A stretch of 64,000 bases of DNA from Oscillospiraceae bacterium (GTDB lineage Bacteria; Bacillota; Clostridia; UBA1212; UBA1255). The stretch lies in assembly GCA_015069185.1 (NCBI GenBank), contig SVJB01000007.1, positions 4,524-68,523 on the forward strand, in the 5' to 3' direction. The notes under the pieces were generated by a model. It was not told the DNA's origin and searched no databases. It worked only from the letters and a program-made list of their open reading frames with translations. A program made the position numbers and the translations under genes. Below, one piece after another: positions 8,055 through 17,590 of the stretch. How positions within the stretch are numbered: the first letter of the stretch is position 1; every line of letters begins with the position of its first letter.

Positions 8055-10595
8055 TTAAAAGTCCCAAGAACCAAACCAACGAAGTACGTTGTCAATATAC
8101 GTTTCCTTTACAGTCATACCGGTAAGAGCCGGATAGAACATGATAAACAGTATTGCCACAATTATCATATATCCCAATACAACATACTTAGATATAACCT
8201 TATCTTCACGTAACACCTTTATTACATATACAATCATAAACATCAGGAATGGAATTGCTGTGAAATAATGGTATATGAAGCACACTCTTGTAACTAAAAT
8301 CCACGGGAACAACTGCAAAGCATACGCAATAAATACCATAATCATGCCCTTTTCACGACGCTTGAAGGCAAAATACAGGCAAGGTATTATGCATATAAGT
8401 CCCAGCCACCAGATTGCAGGATTGCCCATCGATACGATCGTCGCGTCCATTCCACTGGCAAGGCCTGCGCCTGAGCCGGAGTAATACCAGATAGGTCTGT
8501 AATCAATCAGCCAGGTGTACCAAGGAGAACCAAAGCTGTGAGTTGCATCTAGTCCGGAATGGTAATTATACATGGCTTTCTGGTTGTCAAGCATAATCTG
8601 CCACAGCGACATATCCGGTTTTGATGCCATGTAAGGAAGATATGATAACAGGTAAATCGCGCCCGGTATTATAATAAAGAACACAACACAGGCAAGGCAT
8701 GTCGGCAAGAAATTCTTAAGCAGATAATCCTCAATAGTACCTTTTCCCTTAACCCGGCCTGATACATAATTATTGATTTCCAACGCTTTTGCCATAAAGA
8801 ACAATATTGCAAGTCCGGCCCCGGCATACAAGCACGTCCATTTTGACGCAGCACCCAAACCAAACATAATACCGCACAGGAAAAGTGGTATAAACGATTT
8901 CCACAACGGCTTGTTATATGATTTCTCAGTAAAGTAATCATACATAAAGTAATACATTGCGATAACAAAGAAGCATGAGTATGAGTCAATAGTAGCAAGA
9001 CGAGTCTGCGCCAGACGCATAAAGTCAAACATTATCAGGAACGCCGCCAGGAATGCATATCTGCGCTCTTTGAAAACTTTAAGGCCAAAGAGATACATAA
9101 GCGGCACCATCATCACACCAAATAAAGTTCCCATGAATCTCCAACCGAATGGATTCATGCCAAATATTCTGATGCCAATAGATATAAATGTTTTACCAAG
9201 CGGCGGATGTGTCCATTCGTAAATTGACAATCCGTTTATATGCTCATATGCCGTGCGTGGGAAGTAAATCTCATCAAAATAGGTACCGTTCTCAAATGTA
9301 CGATACATTTGTACATCTTTCTGTTCATCAAAGAGCTTACCGGGATTGCTGTCAGGGTTAACTGTCTTATCATAACTCTCTGATACAACAGTAACGGCAA
9401 CCTTTTCATACTCTCCGTTTTGATTTCTCTTAAAAAATCCCATTTCATTAAGACTGGTACCACTGCCACTGGCTTGTATAGTAACCCTCTTTGCCGTGAA
9501 AGTCTTGTCTATAAATTTCCACTCATAGAATGTTACATCCTTAATCTGGCCTACAGTTTTATTTATAGGCGTCACGGTACCATCCTCGGCTACCGAAGCA
9601 CCTTCATAAGTTATTGTAAATGTGCCCGAACCTGGGATGCCGGCACTGTAAGCAACTCGTGATATCTCTGTCTCCTCCGGGAATTCAACAGTAACAGACT
9701 CCCCTGTCTGAGCCGGCGTCCAATCAGAACTTGCAGCAGACATATCGCCCAGATTAGCAAATGACATTACCGCTGTAATCAATGTCATTACAATCAGGAT
9801 AATACAATCCTTCTTACCTAATCTGGGTTTCGTTTCCCCCAGGCGTCTCTTATTCTTGTTATTTTCTTCGTCAGACTTAATAGCCAGGAAAATAATATAT
9901 ACAACAAGACCGATGAGTAGCACGGTGAAAATAATTTTCATTAAGCGAGCTTCGGAAGCTTTTTCCGGATCTTCTGCCTCTGATTTATGTGCGTCAAAGC
10001 AATCAGCACCACTGGGAACTTTAGATACTTTTGTGATAGTTACATTATCAACACTGACCGTGCCCTGAGACTCTGCACTGAAGCCACCAAGACAAATACA
10101 AAATTCCATGGAAGTTTGTTTTCCTGTAGCCATATATGTTGTTACAGTTTTCCAAGCTCCCGAGGTATCATACATAGATGCTGAGTGCGCAGAATGACCT
10201 TTAGTTGAGATATTTACTCCGGCACCTTTCAGCCCATCCTCACGATTTGTATCAACATTTTCATACTTAACATCAAAAGTAACTTTATAATAGGAATTAC
10301 CTTTAACTTTCAGAGTCTGTACAAGTCGCACGTCATTTTTTGAGCTACTCGATATAACTGCGTACTTATTTCCGTTTTCCGATGCAATCTGTACTGTGCT
10401 GCAGTTGTTTCCCACCGATTTCTGGTAGTCATAAACACTCCAGTTTGCAATGGAAGCACCTTCTCCATTCTCAAAGTCACCGTTTTTCAGTTCTGTTTTC
10501 ACAGCGCCAATACAGCCGGTGGATAATATGCCTGTGATAATACACAGCAGTACAAGTACTGTGATAATCACTATGTGCTTCATGTGTTTCCTCAT
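8055..10595 (-). CDS. PMT-family (GT39-like) GT-C glycosyltransferase with N-terminal CBM4_9-like and internal discoidin-like ectodomains
   Basis: Loop-1 catalytic motif YFDEIYFPRTAYEH, with D441-E442 at 9270-9275. More than 9 TM helices. N-terminal jelly-roll NGDFENG...SYYKVTFDVKYENV...GTVSVDNVTI. Internal ...FYEWKFIDKTFTAKRVTIQASGSGTSLNEMGFF. Confidence 0.75.
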   Translation of the reverse strand: MRKHMKHIVIITVLVLLCIITGILSTGCIGAVKTELKNGDFENGEGASIANWSVYDYQKSVGNNCSTVQIASENGNKYAVISSSSKNDVRLVQTLKVKGNSYYKVTFDVKYENVDTNREDGLKGAGVNISTKGHSAHSASMYDTSGAWKTVTTYMATGKQTSMEFCICLGGFSAESQGTVSVDNVTITKVSKVPSGADCFDAHKSEAEDPEKASEARLMKIIFTVLLIGLVVYIIFLAIKSDEENNKNKRRLGETKPRLGKKDCIILIVMTLITAVMSFANLGDMSAASSDWTPAQTGESVTVEFPEETEISRVAYSAGIPGSGTFTITYEGASVAEDGTVTPINKTVGQIKDVTFYEWKFIDKTFTAKRVTIQASGSGTSLNEMGFFKRNQNGEYEKVAVTVVSESYDKTVNPDSNPGKLFDEQKDVQMYRTFENGTYFDEIYFPRTAYEHINGLSIYEWTHPPLGKTFISIGIRIFGMNPFGWRFMGTLFGVMMVPLMYLFGLKVFKERRYAFLAAFLIMFDFMRLAQTRLATIDSYSCFFVIAMYYFMYDYFTEKSYNKPLWKSFIPLFLCGIMFGLGAASKWTCLYAGAGLAILFFMAKALEINNYVSGRVKGKGTIEDYLLKNFLPTCLACVVFFIIIPGAIYLLSYLPYMASKPDMSLWQIMLDNQKAMYNYHSGLDATHSFGSPWYTWLIDYRPIWYYSGSGAGLASGMDATIVSMGNPAIWWLGLICIIPCLYFAFKRREKGMIMVFIAYALQLFPWILVTRVCFIYHYFTAIPFLMFMIVYVIKVLREDKVISKYVVLGYMIIVAILFIMFYPALTGMTVKETYIDNVLRWFGSWDF

Positions 10596-12775
10596 TTTAC
10601 GCGCCTTCCTTCATCTATAATAGACTCTTTCCAGATTTTGCTTTTTTCATTATCAGTTTTGATAACATTAAATACCATCAGAACAGTTATCGCTGTTAAT
10701 GCGATACATGTCAATACATTGCCCCAGGCCATCAGAAGTCTCTCAGGATTCAGATAGTTCCAATAATAATATGCCATTGCTTCATAGTCTGTTTCACGCA
10801 GCTCCCCGCCTACAGTAAGGCCGGTCATAACTTCTAATACAGTGAAGAAATTAGATAGAGTAGTGACTCCGAACAAAGCAAGCAATAGCTTGTTGTTTGA
10901 CAGAATAACAGCAAACAAAAGCAGTATTATAACCGGGAAGAAATATCTTTCATGCATTCTGGGTCCAAATGTTACAACATTATACAGAAGTGTTGCAGAG
11001 ATAAGCCATACAAGATACGGTTTTTTCTTAGTATCTGCAAACATATACAATACCCAGGCAAGTATGGCAGCCTCGACAATTGCCAACATACCCAGATGAT
11101 TCCATGTGATGCCAAGATTGCCTATAGGTAATACAACCTGGCTGTCAGATACCCAGTTCTTGCCAAGAATATAGAACGCATTAAACGCGTTTACACTGGC
11201 ATACTCATATCCGTCTACTGTGCCAATGTACAAATCATATATCCATACAAATATATTTGGCTCCATTTTGATACCAAACGGTAACATAATCGCAAGGAAT
11301 ACAGCAGAGAAAGCTGCAATACTTTTCACAATAAGCATTATTCTCCTTGATATCTTCATACTGCTGCGCGAACTGACAAGTATCTTAAACAGCGCGTATC
11401 CTATAATAGGGATCATCATAATACCCTGAGGCTTCAGCGCTACGGCAAAGGCCAACGCAATGGAAGCCGGAATGTAACGGTTCTGCGATATCCAGTAAAT
11501 AGCGCCTACTATAAACATGCTGAGAAGCGTATCAACCTGTCCCCATGCGGTGGAGTCAAGTATTACGATGGGATTGAACAACCAAAGCGATACTGCTATT
11601 AATGTCCAATTCTTATTGGCGTTGCGCAGATTCTTGCACCATGCATATATAACAAATGCTATCGCGCAATCTGCAAGCATTGACGGAAGTTTTATGAGCA
11701 CTGTGCATATCGCAGAGGCTGTGCCCACTTTGAAAATACTGCAAAACTTACCAACAAACCAAAGCCAATACATAAGCAGCGGCGGATAGTCAAGATTGAT
11801 AGATTCTGCATGTTTATATAGTTCTGTCGGGCCGTATTCCGCAACCTTCACGCCCCAATATTTAAATAAGTTAACGTCTATATCACATTGCGGCAAGGTT
11901 ACTGAACCTATCAGTCGAACAATAAATCCTATCAGAATAAGAATAATAACACTCCATATTATATTGGTATTACTCTCTTGCGGTCTTATCAACACGCCTT
12001 TATCTCTATTGCGGGCATACATCATACAAATAACAAACACTGCTATCGTTATAACCATAATAATGAATCCAGCAGATAAAGTGTCATCATGTTTTTCGTT
12101 TTTAAATCTATCCCTTTGTTGTTCCTGCTTAATCGCAGACATGGTGTCTTCCATAGAATATGCAATAACACCTTTTGGAAGCTCTGACAGTTGCTCTACA
12201 CATAGGTCATCAAACCATACCTTGCCTGTGTTGATACCACTGTAGAAGCCAAGTCTCAGGCAAAGATCAAAGCTTGTCTGCTCTTTACCCGTTTGTCCAA
12301 AGAATTCCAGCAAAGTCCAGTCCTGATTGCCGGTGTAGGTATAGCTACGATAGCTTGTATTCAGCACAGATATGTTGGCACCAATCGTACCATCCTCTTC
12401 ACTGACATTTTCCGTTTTAATCCAGACTGACACTCTATAGTAAGTGTTCTTACGTGCATCATCAACTTTGAGCACATATCTGGCATCGTTTTGTGAAATA
12501 TTCTGAATAGACAGGCATCGGCTATCGTCCATGCCACCCGCTTCTTCATACGTGAAAACGGTCACACCGCCTCTTGCGTCATATGCATCAGTCACAAGCC
12601 CGCCCTGAGTCTGGTTAAAGTCACATTCATATATAACCTTATCCTCTGCCGGAGTATTATCCTTGTCCGATTTTTTAAACAAGCAGCCGGTAAGAACGCC
12701 TGCGATGGCAGCAATGATACAGATACATGCTGCTATCATAACCATTCGCTTGTTGTTCTTAAAAAACTTCCTCAT
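10592..12775 (-). CDS. Second GT-C-type polytopic glycosyltransferase (DUF2029/Gpi18-like) with paralogous N-terminal CBM4_9-like ectodomain
   Basis: Lipobox-like VLTGC. Jelly-roll NDARYVLKVDDARKNTYYRVSVWIKTENV...GKVWFDDLCVEQL. INLDYPPLLMYWLWF motif and more than 10 TM helices. ATGA overlaps at both ends. Confidence 0.65.
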   Translation of the reverse strand: MRKFFKNNKRMVMIAACICIIAAIAGVLTGCLFKKSDKDNTPAEDKVIYECDFNQTQGGLVTDAYDARGGVTVFTYEEAGGMDDSRCLSIQNISQNDARYVLKVDDARKNTYYRVSVWIKTENVSEEDGTIGANISVLNTSYRSYTYTGNQDWTLLEFFGQTGKEQTSFDLCLRLGFYSGINTGKVWFDDLCVEQLSELPKGVIAYSMEDTMSAIKQEQQRDRFKNEKHDDTLSAGFIIMVITIAVFVICMMYARNRDKGVLIRPQESNTNIIWSVIILILIGFIVRLIGSVTLPQCDIDVNLFKYWGVKVAEYGPTELYKHAESINLDYPPLLMYWLWFVGKFCSIFKVGTASAICTVLIKLPSMLADCAIAFVIYAWCKNLRNANKNWTLIAVSLWLFNPIVILDSTAWGQVDTLLSMFIVGAIYWISQNRYIPASIALAFAVALKPQGIMMIPIIGYALFKILVSSRSSMKISRRIMLIVKSIAAFSAVFLAIMLPFGIKMEPNIFVWIYDLYIGTVDGYEYASVNAFNAFYILGKNWVSDSQVVLPIGNLGITWNHLGMLAIVEAAILAWVLYMFADTKKKPYLVWLISATLLYNVVTFGPRMHERYFFPVIILLLFAVILSNNKLLLALFGVTTLSNFFTVLEVMTGLTVGGELRETDYEAMAYYYWNYLNPERLLMAWGNVLTCIALTAITVLMVFNVIKTDNEKSKIWKESIIDEGRRVK

Positions 12776-13497
12776 GCCTTTACTAACCTTTCTACCACTG
12801 CACCGGGCTCAATCTCTACCTCTTTGTTGTACAGCAATTCATCAATAACACATCCGCTTCGTATAATAGCGCTATCGCAATACAGCTGTCCTATATAACA
12901 CGCAGACAAATCCGCTTCTATACAATCAATAAAATCTGAAGTTAGCGTATATTTTTTCTTACCTTCAAATTTGAGTTCTTCGTTTTCAGGTCTACGTACC
13001 ACAAGGATATCTGTTACAACGTTCCTTATCTCCGATTGTTTGCTGGATACGATATGGATCTCCGTACTTTTCACCGAAGATGTTGATCTTATTTTGCCAA
13101 AGACTTTTAAAACATCCGACTTAATCTTCGCAGTGGTATCCAGCATCGCATCTTTATTCAAATTTATTCTACCGCTGCGGATAACATCGTAGGCTGTTAT
13201 CTCTCCACTTGATAAAATAGACTCTGTATAAACCTTATCGTAAAACCAAATAGTGCCACCTCTTATCTTGATATGCTGTGTCATCACATCGCTCTTGGCA
13301 CGACATTCTCCGGTAATGGTCAGCTTGTCACAGGTAAGCCAAGAGCCAAACTGTGCCTGACCGGTTATCTCTACAACATTAGCATCTACATTTCTGGTGA
13401 AAAGTATCTGTCCCGTTACATTAAGATTACCGATATCAACTGCCTCATTTATGGTTTCTCTGCCATCTAAGACAATTCCGTCAAACTTACCGGTCAA
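12772..13497 (-). CDS. Hypothetical beta-helix repeat protein (bactofilin-like, low confidence)
   Basis: 241 aa with repetitive short-strand pattern (NLNVTGQILF, VVEITGQAQF, KLTITGECRA, IKIRGGTIWF...). TTG start overlaps the pepF stop (TTGA). Confidence 0.4.
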   Translation of the reverse strand: MTGKFDGIVLDGRETINEAVDIGNLNVTGQILFTRNVDANVVEITGQAQFGSWLTCDKLTITGECRAKSDVMTQHIKIRGGTIWFYDKVYTESILSSGEITAYDVIRSGRINLNKDAMLDTTAKIKSDVLKVFGKIRSTSSVKSTEIHIVSSKQSEIRNVVTDILVVRRPENEELKFEGKKKYTLTSDFIDCIEADLSACYIGQLYCDSAIIRSGCVIDELLYNKEVEIEPGAVVERLVKA

Positions 13498-15314
13498 TTA
13501 AAAACAGCCTCCAACTCTGCTACCTTTGCAGCAAATACGTCAAGAGCACTTTGGATTACAGCAGAATCCGTCAGATCCACGCCCGCTCTTTTAAGAATAT
13601 TAAGAGGATAATCACTACCACCACTCTTTAAGAAGTCAAGATATTTCTCAGTAGCACCGCCAGGCTCGTTATTTATATCCTTTAAGATGCCGGCGCTAAG
13701 TGCTGTAGCTGCGCTGAATCCTGTTGCATACTGATATACATAGAATGAATTATAAAAGTGTGGTATACGTGCCCACTCAAGTTGAATGTCTTTGTCAACA
13801 GAGCAGCCTTTTCCGTAATACTTCTTATTAAGCTTGTAATAAATATCACACATAGCTTCGCAAGTAAGCGGCTCGCCGGCCTGATCCTTGGCGTGAGCCT
13901 TCTTCTCAAACTCCGCAAACATTGTTTGTCTGTAAACTGTAGCGCGGAACTCTTCCAGATAATGGTTGAGAAGATATGCTTCCTTCACAGTATCTCCTGC
14001 TTTACGGGCTTCATCCAGCATGTATGTCATGAGTAGGTTTTCATTTACAGTAGAGGCAACCTCTGCCACAAATATTTTATACGAAGCATACTGATATGGT
14101 TGATTTGAGTTGCTGTAGAATGAATGCATTGCATGACCCAACTCATGAGCCAGAGTAAACACATCATTTATCTCTCCTTGCCAGTTAAGAAGTACATATG
14201 GGTGTGAATCGTAGCAGCCCCATGAATACGCGCCACTGGTCTTACCTCTGTTTTCATAGACATCGATCCAGCCATCTGTAAAGGCCTTCTTCATATCCTC
14301 CACATACTGCTGCCCCATAGGCTCTACTGCCTTGATAACAATCTCTTTTGCTTCTTCAAAGGTGTATTTTACTTTTGGCATCTCAACAATCGGCACATAC
14401 AAATCGTACATACGCAGACGTTTCACGCCCAGAACTTTCTTACGGAGCTGCAAATATCTTGTGAGCGTATCCAGATTTGCATGCATTGTACTGATAAGGT
14501 TATTATATACCTTCACTGAAATATCATCTGTACTAAGCTCTGCCTCCAGCGCACTCTTGTACTTACGTACCTTAGCGCTGAAATTGTCTGCCTTTACATT
14601 GCCACAATAAAGCTGTGCGATTGTATTCTTAAATGAACCATAAGTTTTATACAGCGCTGTGAAAGCATCTTTTCTGACTCTTCTGTCTTTAGATTCAAGG
14701 AATCCTGAATATCTGCCGTGAGTCAGTTCTATTTTCTTTCCTAATTCATCTTTTATTGCAGGGAATCTTAAGTCTGCATTATTGAGCATTGTAAATGCAT
14801 TATGTCCTGTCTGGAGCGCTTCACTTGCCAGTGCCAGTAACTTTTCTTCGTTTGCAGACAGAATATGCTCTTTGAGCTTAAGCATCTGACTTAAAATAAA
14901 TTCATATTCTTTGAGTTCCGGTGTTTTCTCCATAAAAAACTGAAGTTTGCCATCTTCCATAGCCAGCACTTCAGGCTCAAAGAAAGATACAGTACTCACT
15001 AATTTGTAGTAAAGGCTTGCTGCCTGTGCGAACATGTTCTGATACACAGCATTTGCATTGTCCTCATCGCGGCGCATCCTTGTGTACACGTAAAGTCTCT
15101 CTGTCTGGCGACTAGCTTCTGACTGTTTCTCAAGATATTCATACAAAATACGACCTGATTTTATATGAAGACGACCCTCATATTTCTTGAGCTCTGTAAT
15201 CAGGCTGTCTGCCTGTGCCATAGCCTCTGTACACACATCGTCATTTGTAAAAATATCTTCTAATTTCCATTTATATGCAGCGTCAATTTCGCTCCTTAAC
15301 TGTAGTTCTTCCAT
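13494..15314 (-). CDS. pepF: Oligoendopeptidase F (M3B)
   Basis: HELGHAMH zincin motif, ~606 aa, typical PepF N-terminus. ATG 15314 has AGGAGGG 6 nt upstream. Confidence 0.85.
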   Translation of the reverse strand: MEELQLRSEIDAAYKWKLEDIFTNDDVCTEAMAQADSLITELKKYEGRLHIKSGRILYEYLEKQSEASRQTERLYVYTRMRRDEDNANAVYQNMFAQAASLYYKLVSTVSFFEPEVLAMEDGKLQFFMEKTPELKEYEFILSQMLKLKEHILSANEEKLLALASEALQTGHNAFTMLNNADLRFPAIKDELGKKIELTHGRYSGFLESKDRRVRKDAFTALYKTYGSFKNTIAQLYCGNVKADNFSAKVRKYKSALEAELSTDDISVKVYNNLISTMHANLDTLTRYLQLRKKVLGVKRLRMYDLYVPIVEMPKVKYTFEEAKEIVIKAVEPMGQQYVEDMKKAFTDGWIDVYENRGKTSGAYSWGCYDSHPYVLLNWQGEINDVFTLAHELGHAMHSFYSNSNQPYQYASYKIFVAEVASTVNENLLMTYMLDEARKAGDTVKEAYLLNHYLEEFRATVYRQTMFAEFEKKAHAKDQAGEPLTCEAMCDIYYKLNKKYYGKGCSVDKDIQLEWARIPHFYNSFYVYQYATGFSAATALSAGILKDINNEPGGATEKYLDFLKSGGSDYPLNILKRAGVDLTDSAVIQSALDVFAAKVAELEAVFN

Positions 15315-15343
15315 TTCAAACCCTCCTATGTGATAACATTGGG

Positions 15344-15372
15344 ATATTAGCACAAAAAGAGGGTTTTTTCAA
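15344..15372 (-). promoter_or_regulatory. SigA-type promoter of the pepF-to-DUF2156 operon
   Basis: Minus strand: TTGAAA (15367-15372), 17 nt spacer, TAATAT (15344-15349). Confidence 0.5.
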
Positions 15373-15407
15373 CACGAATTGACACATTTTCACGAAAATC
15401 GGAAAAT

Positions 15408-15782
15408 TTATTCATTGTCTAAAATCCATGCTAATAAATCATCATATTTCATTACACCGGAGGCAACAGCAATACCTACTCGTGCCACATCATCTACATC
15501 AGGGTGGATTCGTATTCCATTAACCTCAAGAAATGTTAGCAGCACATACATTCCTATTCGTTTATTTCCATCAACAAAAGCATGATTTGATATTAATGCA
15601 TATCCAAGGCGAGCGCCTTTTTCCTCCTTTGTAGGATATAACTCTTTGCCATCAAAAGTTTGAAACGCAGATTCAAGCGCGCTCTCAAGGAGTGCGATAT
15701 CACGTATATTAGGATCTCCACCCGTTTCTTCAGTTATTAATTTATGCAGCAAAAGCACTTTTTCTTGACTAAATTTTATCAT
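15408..15782 (-). CDS. doc: Doc (death-on-curing, Fic-fold) toxin
   Basis: Doc/Fic motif HAFVDGNKR. 124 aa. 4-nt overlap with the upstream antitoxin gene. Confidence 0.85.
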   Translation of the reverse strand: MIKFSQEKVLLLHKLITEETGGDPNIRDIALLESALESAFQTFDGKELYPTKEEKGARLGYALISNHAFVDGNKRIGMYVLLTFLEVNGIRIHPDVDDVARVGIAVASGVMKYDDLLAWILDNE

Positions 15783-16021
15783 TTCGCAAGTTCCTCAAAA
15801 GCGCGGTGATATTGACGAAGAATTCTCGCAGCAACAAAATCAATTTTTTCATCATCAGACATATCAATATTTGAATCTTCTTCAAGATTAACAATCTTGT
15901 ATTTTGGCTTATTGTTTTTGAAAATATATATTTCACCTTTCTGGTCAACCATGCGTGCCACTCGTGAAAAGTTCTGATTTGCTTCTGAAATTGATATAAT
16001 CTTACTTGTGTTAATATCCAT
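15779..16021 (-). CDS. phd: Phd/YefM-family antitoxin
   Basis: 80 aa. ISISEANQNFSRVARMVDQKGEIYIFKNNKP is a typical Phd N-terminus. ATG 16021 has AGGAGG 7 nt upstream. Confidence 0.75.
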   Translation of the reverse strand: MDINTSKIISISEANQNFSRVARMVDQKGEIYIFKNNKPKYKIVNLEEDSNIDMSDDEKIDFVAARILRQYHRAFEELAK

Positions 16022-16120
16022 GTTAGCACCTCCTATTGTGCTATTAATATTATACACATATTTTAGGATATTTCTATACTAAAATATTTTTTCTTATTTA
16101 TTCGATACAAACATCATATC

Positions 16121-17548
16121 TCATCTACAATATACTCTATTCAAACTTCTATAGCGTCCTCTGTCTATAGAGTCCAACTGTTCTTTCGTTATTCTATATG
16201 CCCAGTTGCCCTGTGCCTCACCCGGTGTGTTGAGTCTGGTATCACAGCCATAACCAAGTAAATCCTGTATTGGCATCATAACCAGTCCCGCATGGCTGGC
16301 AAACATAGTTCTGATAATGCTCTCACATCCACTTTGCCAATTATCACGATGCCCGCAGTATTCAAGCATACGTGCGCGGGTGGCGTCATCTAATTCCCAA
16401 AGATAACCAAGTAGAGTGTTATTATCATGCGTACCTGTATAAGCGACACAATTATTCGGATAATTATGTGGCAAGTGCGAACTGTCACCATCAGATAAGA
16501 ATCCAAACTGGAAAACCCTCATACCCGGAAGGCCACTATCCCGCACAAGTTCATAAACCTCAGGTGTGATGTCTCCCAAATCCTCTGCTATAATCTGTGT
16601 ATCTCCGGCGGCTGCCTTCAAAGCCTTCACAAGCGACATTCCTGGTCCCTTGATCCACGCTCCTGCCTTAGCGCTTGCGCTGTCTGCCGGTATAGACCAA
16701 TAGGACTCAAAACCTCTGAAATGGTCAATTCTCACAGCGTCAAACATACTTGCCATATGTCTCATTCTATCCTGCCACCAACCATAGTCATCTCTTTCCA
16801 TTTCTTTCCAATTATAGAGAGGATTTCCCCATAGCTGACCTTCCGCACAAAAATAGTCCGGAGACACTCCTGCTACGTGGGTCGGTTTGCCGTGACTATC
16901 CAGCAGGAACTGCTGCCGCGCACTCCATACATCACTACTGTCCTCTGCCACATATATAGGAATATCACCGATAATTTTAATTCCTTTGCTGTTTGCGTAT
17001 GATCTTATCTGCGCCCACTGAGTATGAAATGTATATTGTATAAAGCGCCAGGTGAAAAGAATATCCTCATCCACCTTATCTTCGGTCCACTCCTGCCATG
17101 GCAAGTCATGGTTTGCTGCCTTCAGGGCCATAAAGCGGCAAAAAGTATCAATATATTTTGAATCTGTAACGAATTTTTCAACGATATTTCTATCTTCAAC
17201 CCGCATAGCCGCCTTATATAAAAGAGCAAAGCGCTGCGCTTTAAGTCTGTCAAATTCACACAGATAAGGAGACTGCTGCCTTGCGCAACTAAGCTCCTCG
17301 TCTGTGATAAGACCTTCTTCATACAATGAATTTAAATCAACGAAGAATAAATTCCCACTAAAGGATGAATATGATTTGTATGGAGAGTTATGTTCATCTG
17401 CCATACAAAAAGGCAGGACCTGCCAATACGAGAATCCGCAGTCCTGCAAGAAATCTATAAAATATTTTGCTTCAATGCCAAAGCTACCTATGGAATAGTC
17501 ACCAAACAAAGAAGATATGTGCATCAGTACGCCACTTTTTCGTTCCAT
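16121..17548 (-). CDS. malQ: 4-alpha-glucanotransferase (GH77 amylomaltase)
   Basis: SGVLMHISSLFG, WGNPLYNW, RIDHFRGF and IIAEDLG motifs. The start at 17548 (MERKSGVLMH) is preferred; 17566 is also in frame. Confidence 0.85.
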   Translation of the reverse strand: MERKSGVLMHISSLFGDYSIGSFGIEAKYFIDFLQDCGFSYWQVLPFCMADEHNSPYKSYSSFSGNLFFVDLNSLYEEGLITDEELSCARQQSPYLCEFDRLKAQRFALLYKAAMRVEDRNIVEKFVTDSKYIDTFCRFMALKAANHDLPWQEWTEDKVDEDILFTWRFIQYTFHTQWAQIRSYANSKGIKIIGDIPIYVAEDSSDVWSARQQFLLDSHGKPTHVAGVSPDYFCAEGQLWGNPLYNWKEMERDDYGWWQDRMRHMASMFDAVRIDHFRGFESYWSIPADSASAKAGAWIKGPGMSLVKALKAAAGDTQIIAEDLGDITPEVYELVRDSGLPGMRVFQFGFLSDGDSSHLPHNYPNNCVAYTGTHDNNTLLGYLWELDDATRARMLEYCGHRDNWQSGCESIIRTMFASHAGLVMMPIQDLLGYGCDTRLNTPGEAQGNWAYRITKEQLDSIDRGRYRSLNRVYCR

Positions 17549-17590
17549 GTCATCACCATCTTTCATAAAACTAAATCACGAAAATACCCT

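Noticed and set aside
15408-16057. Considered phd/doc as part of a mobile element or prophage remnant
   Set aside because: No integrase, transposase or phage genes are present, and I could see no flanking direct or inverted repeats. The neighbours are housekeeping genes.
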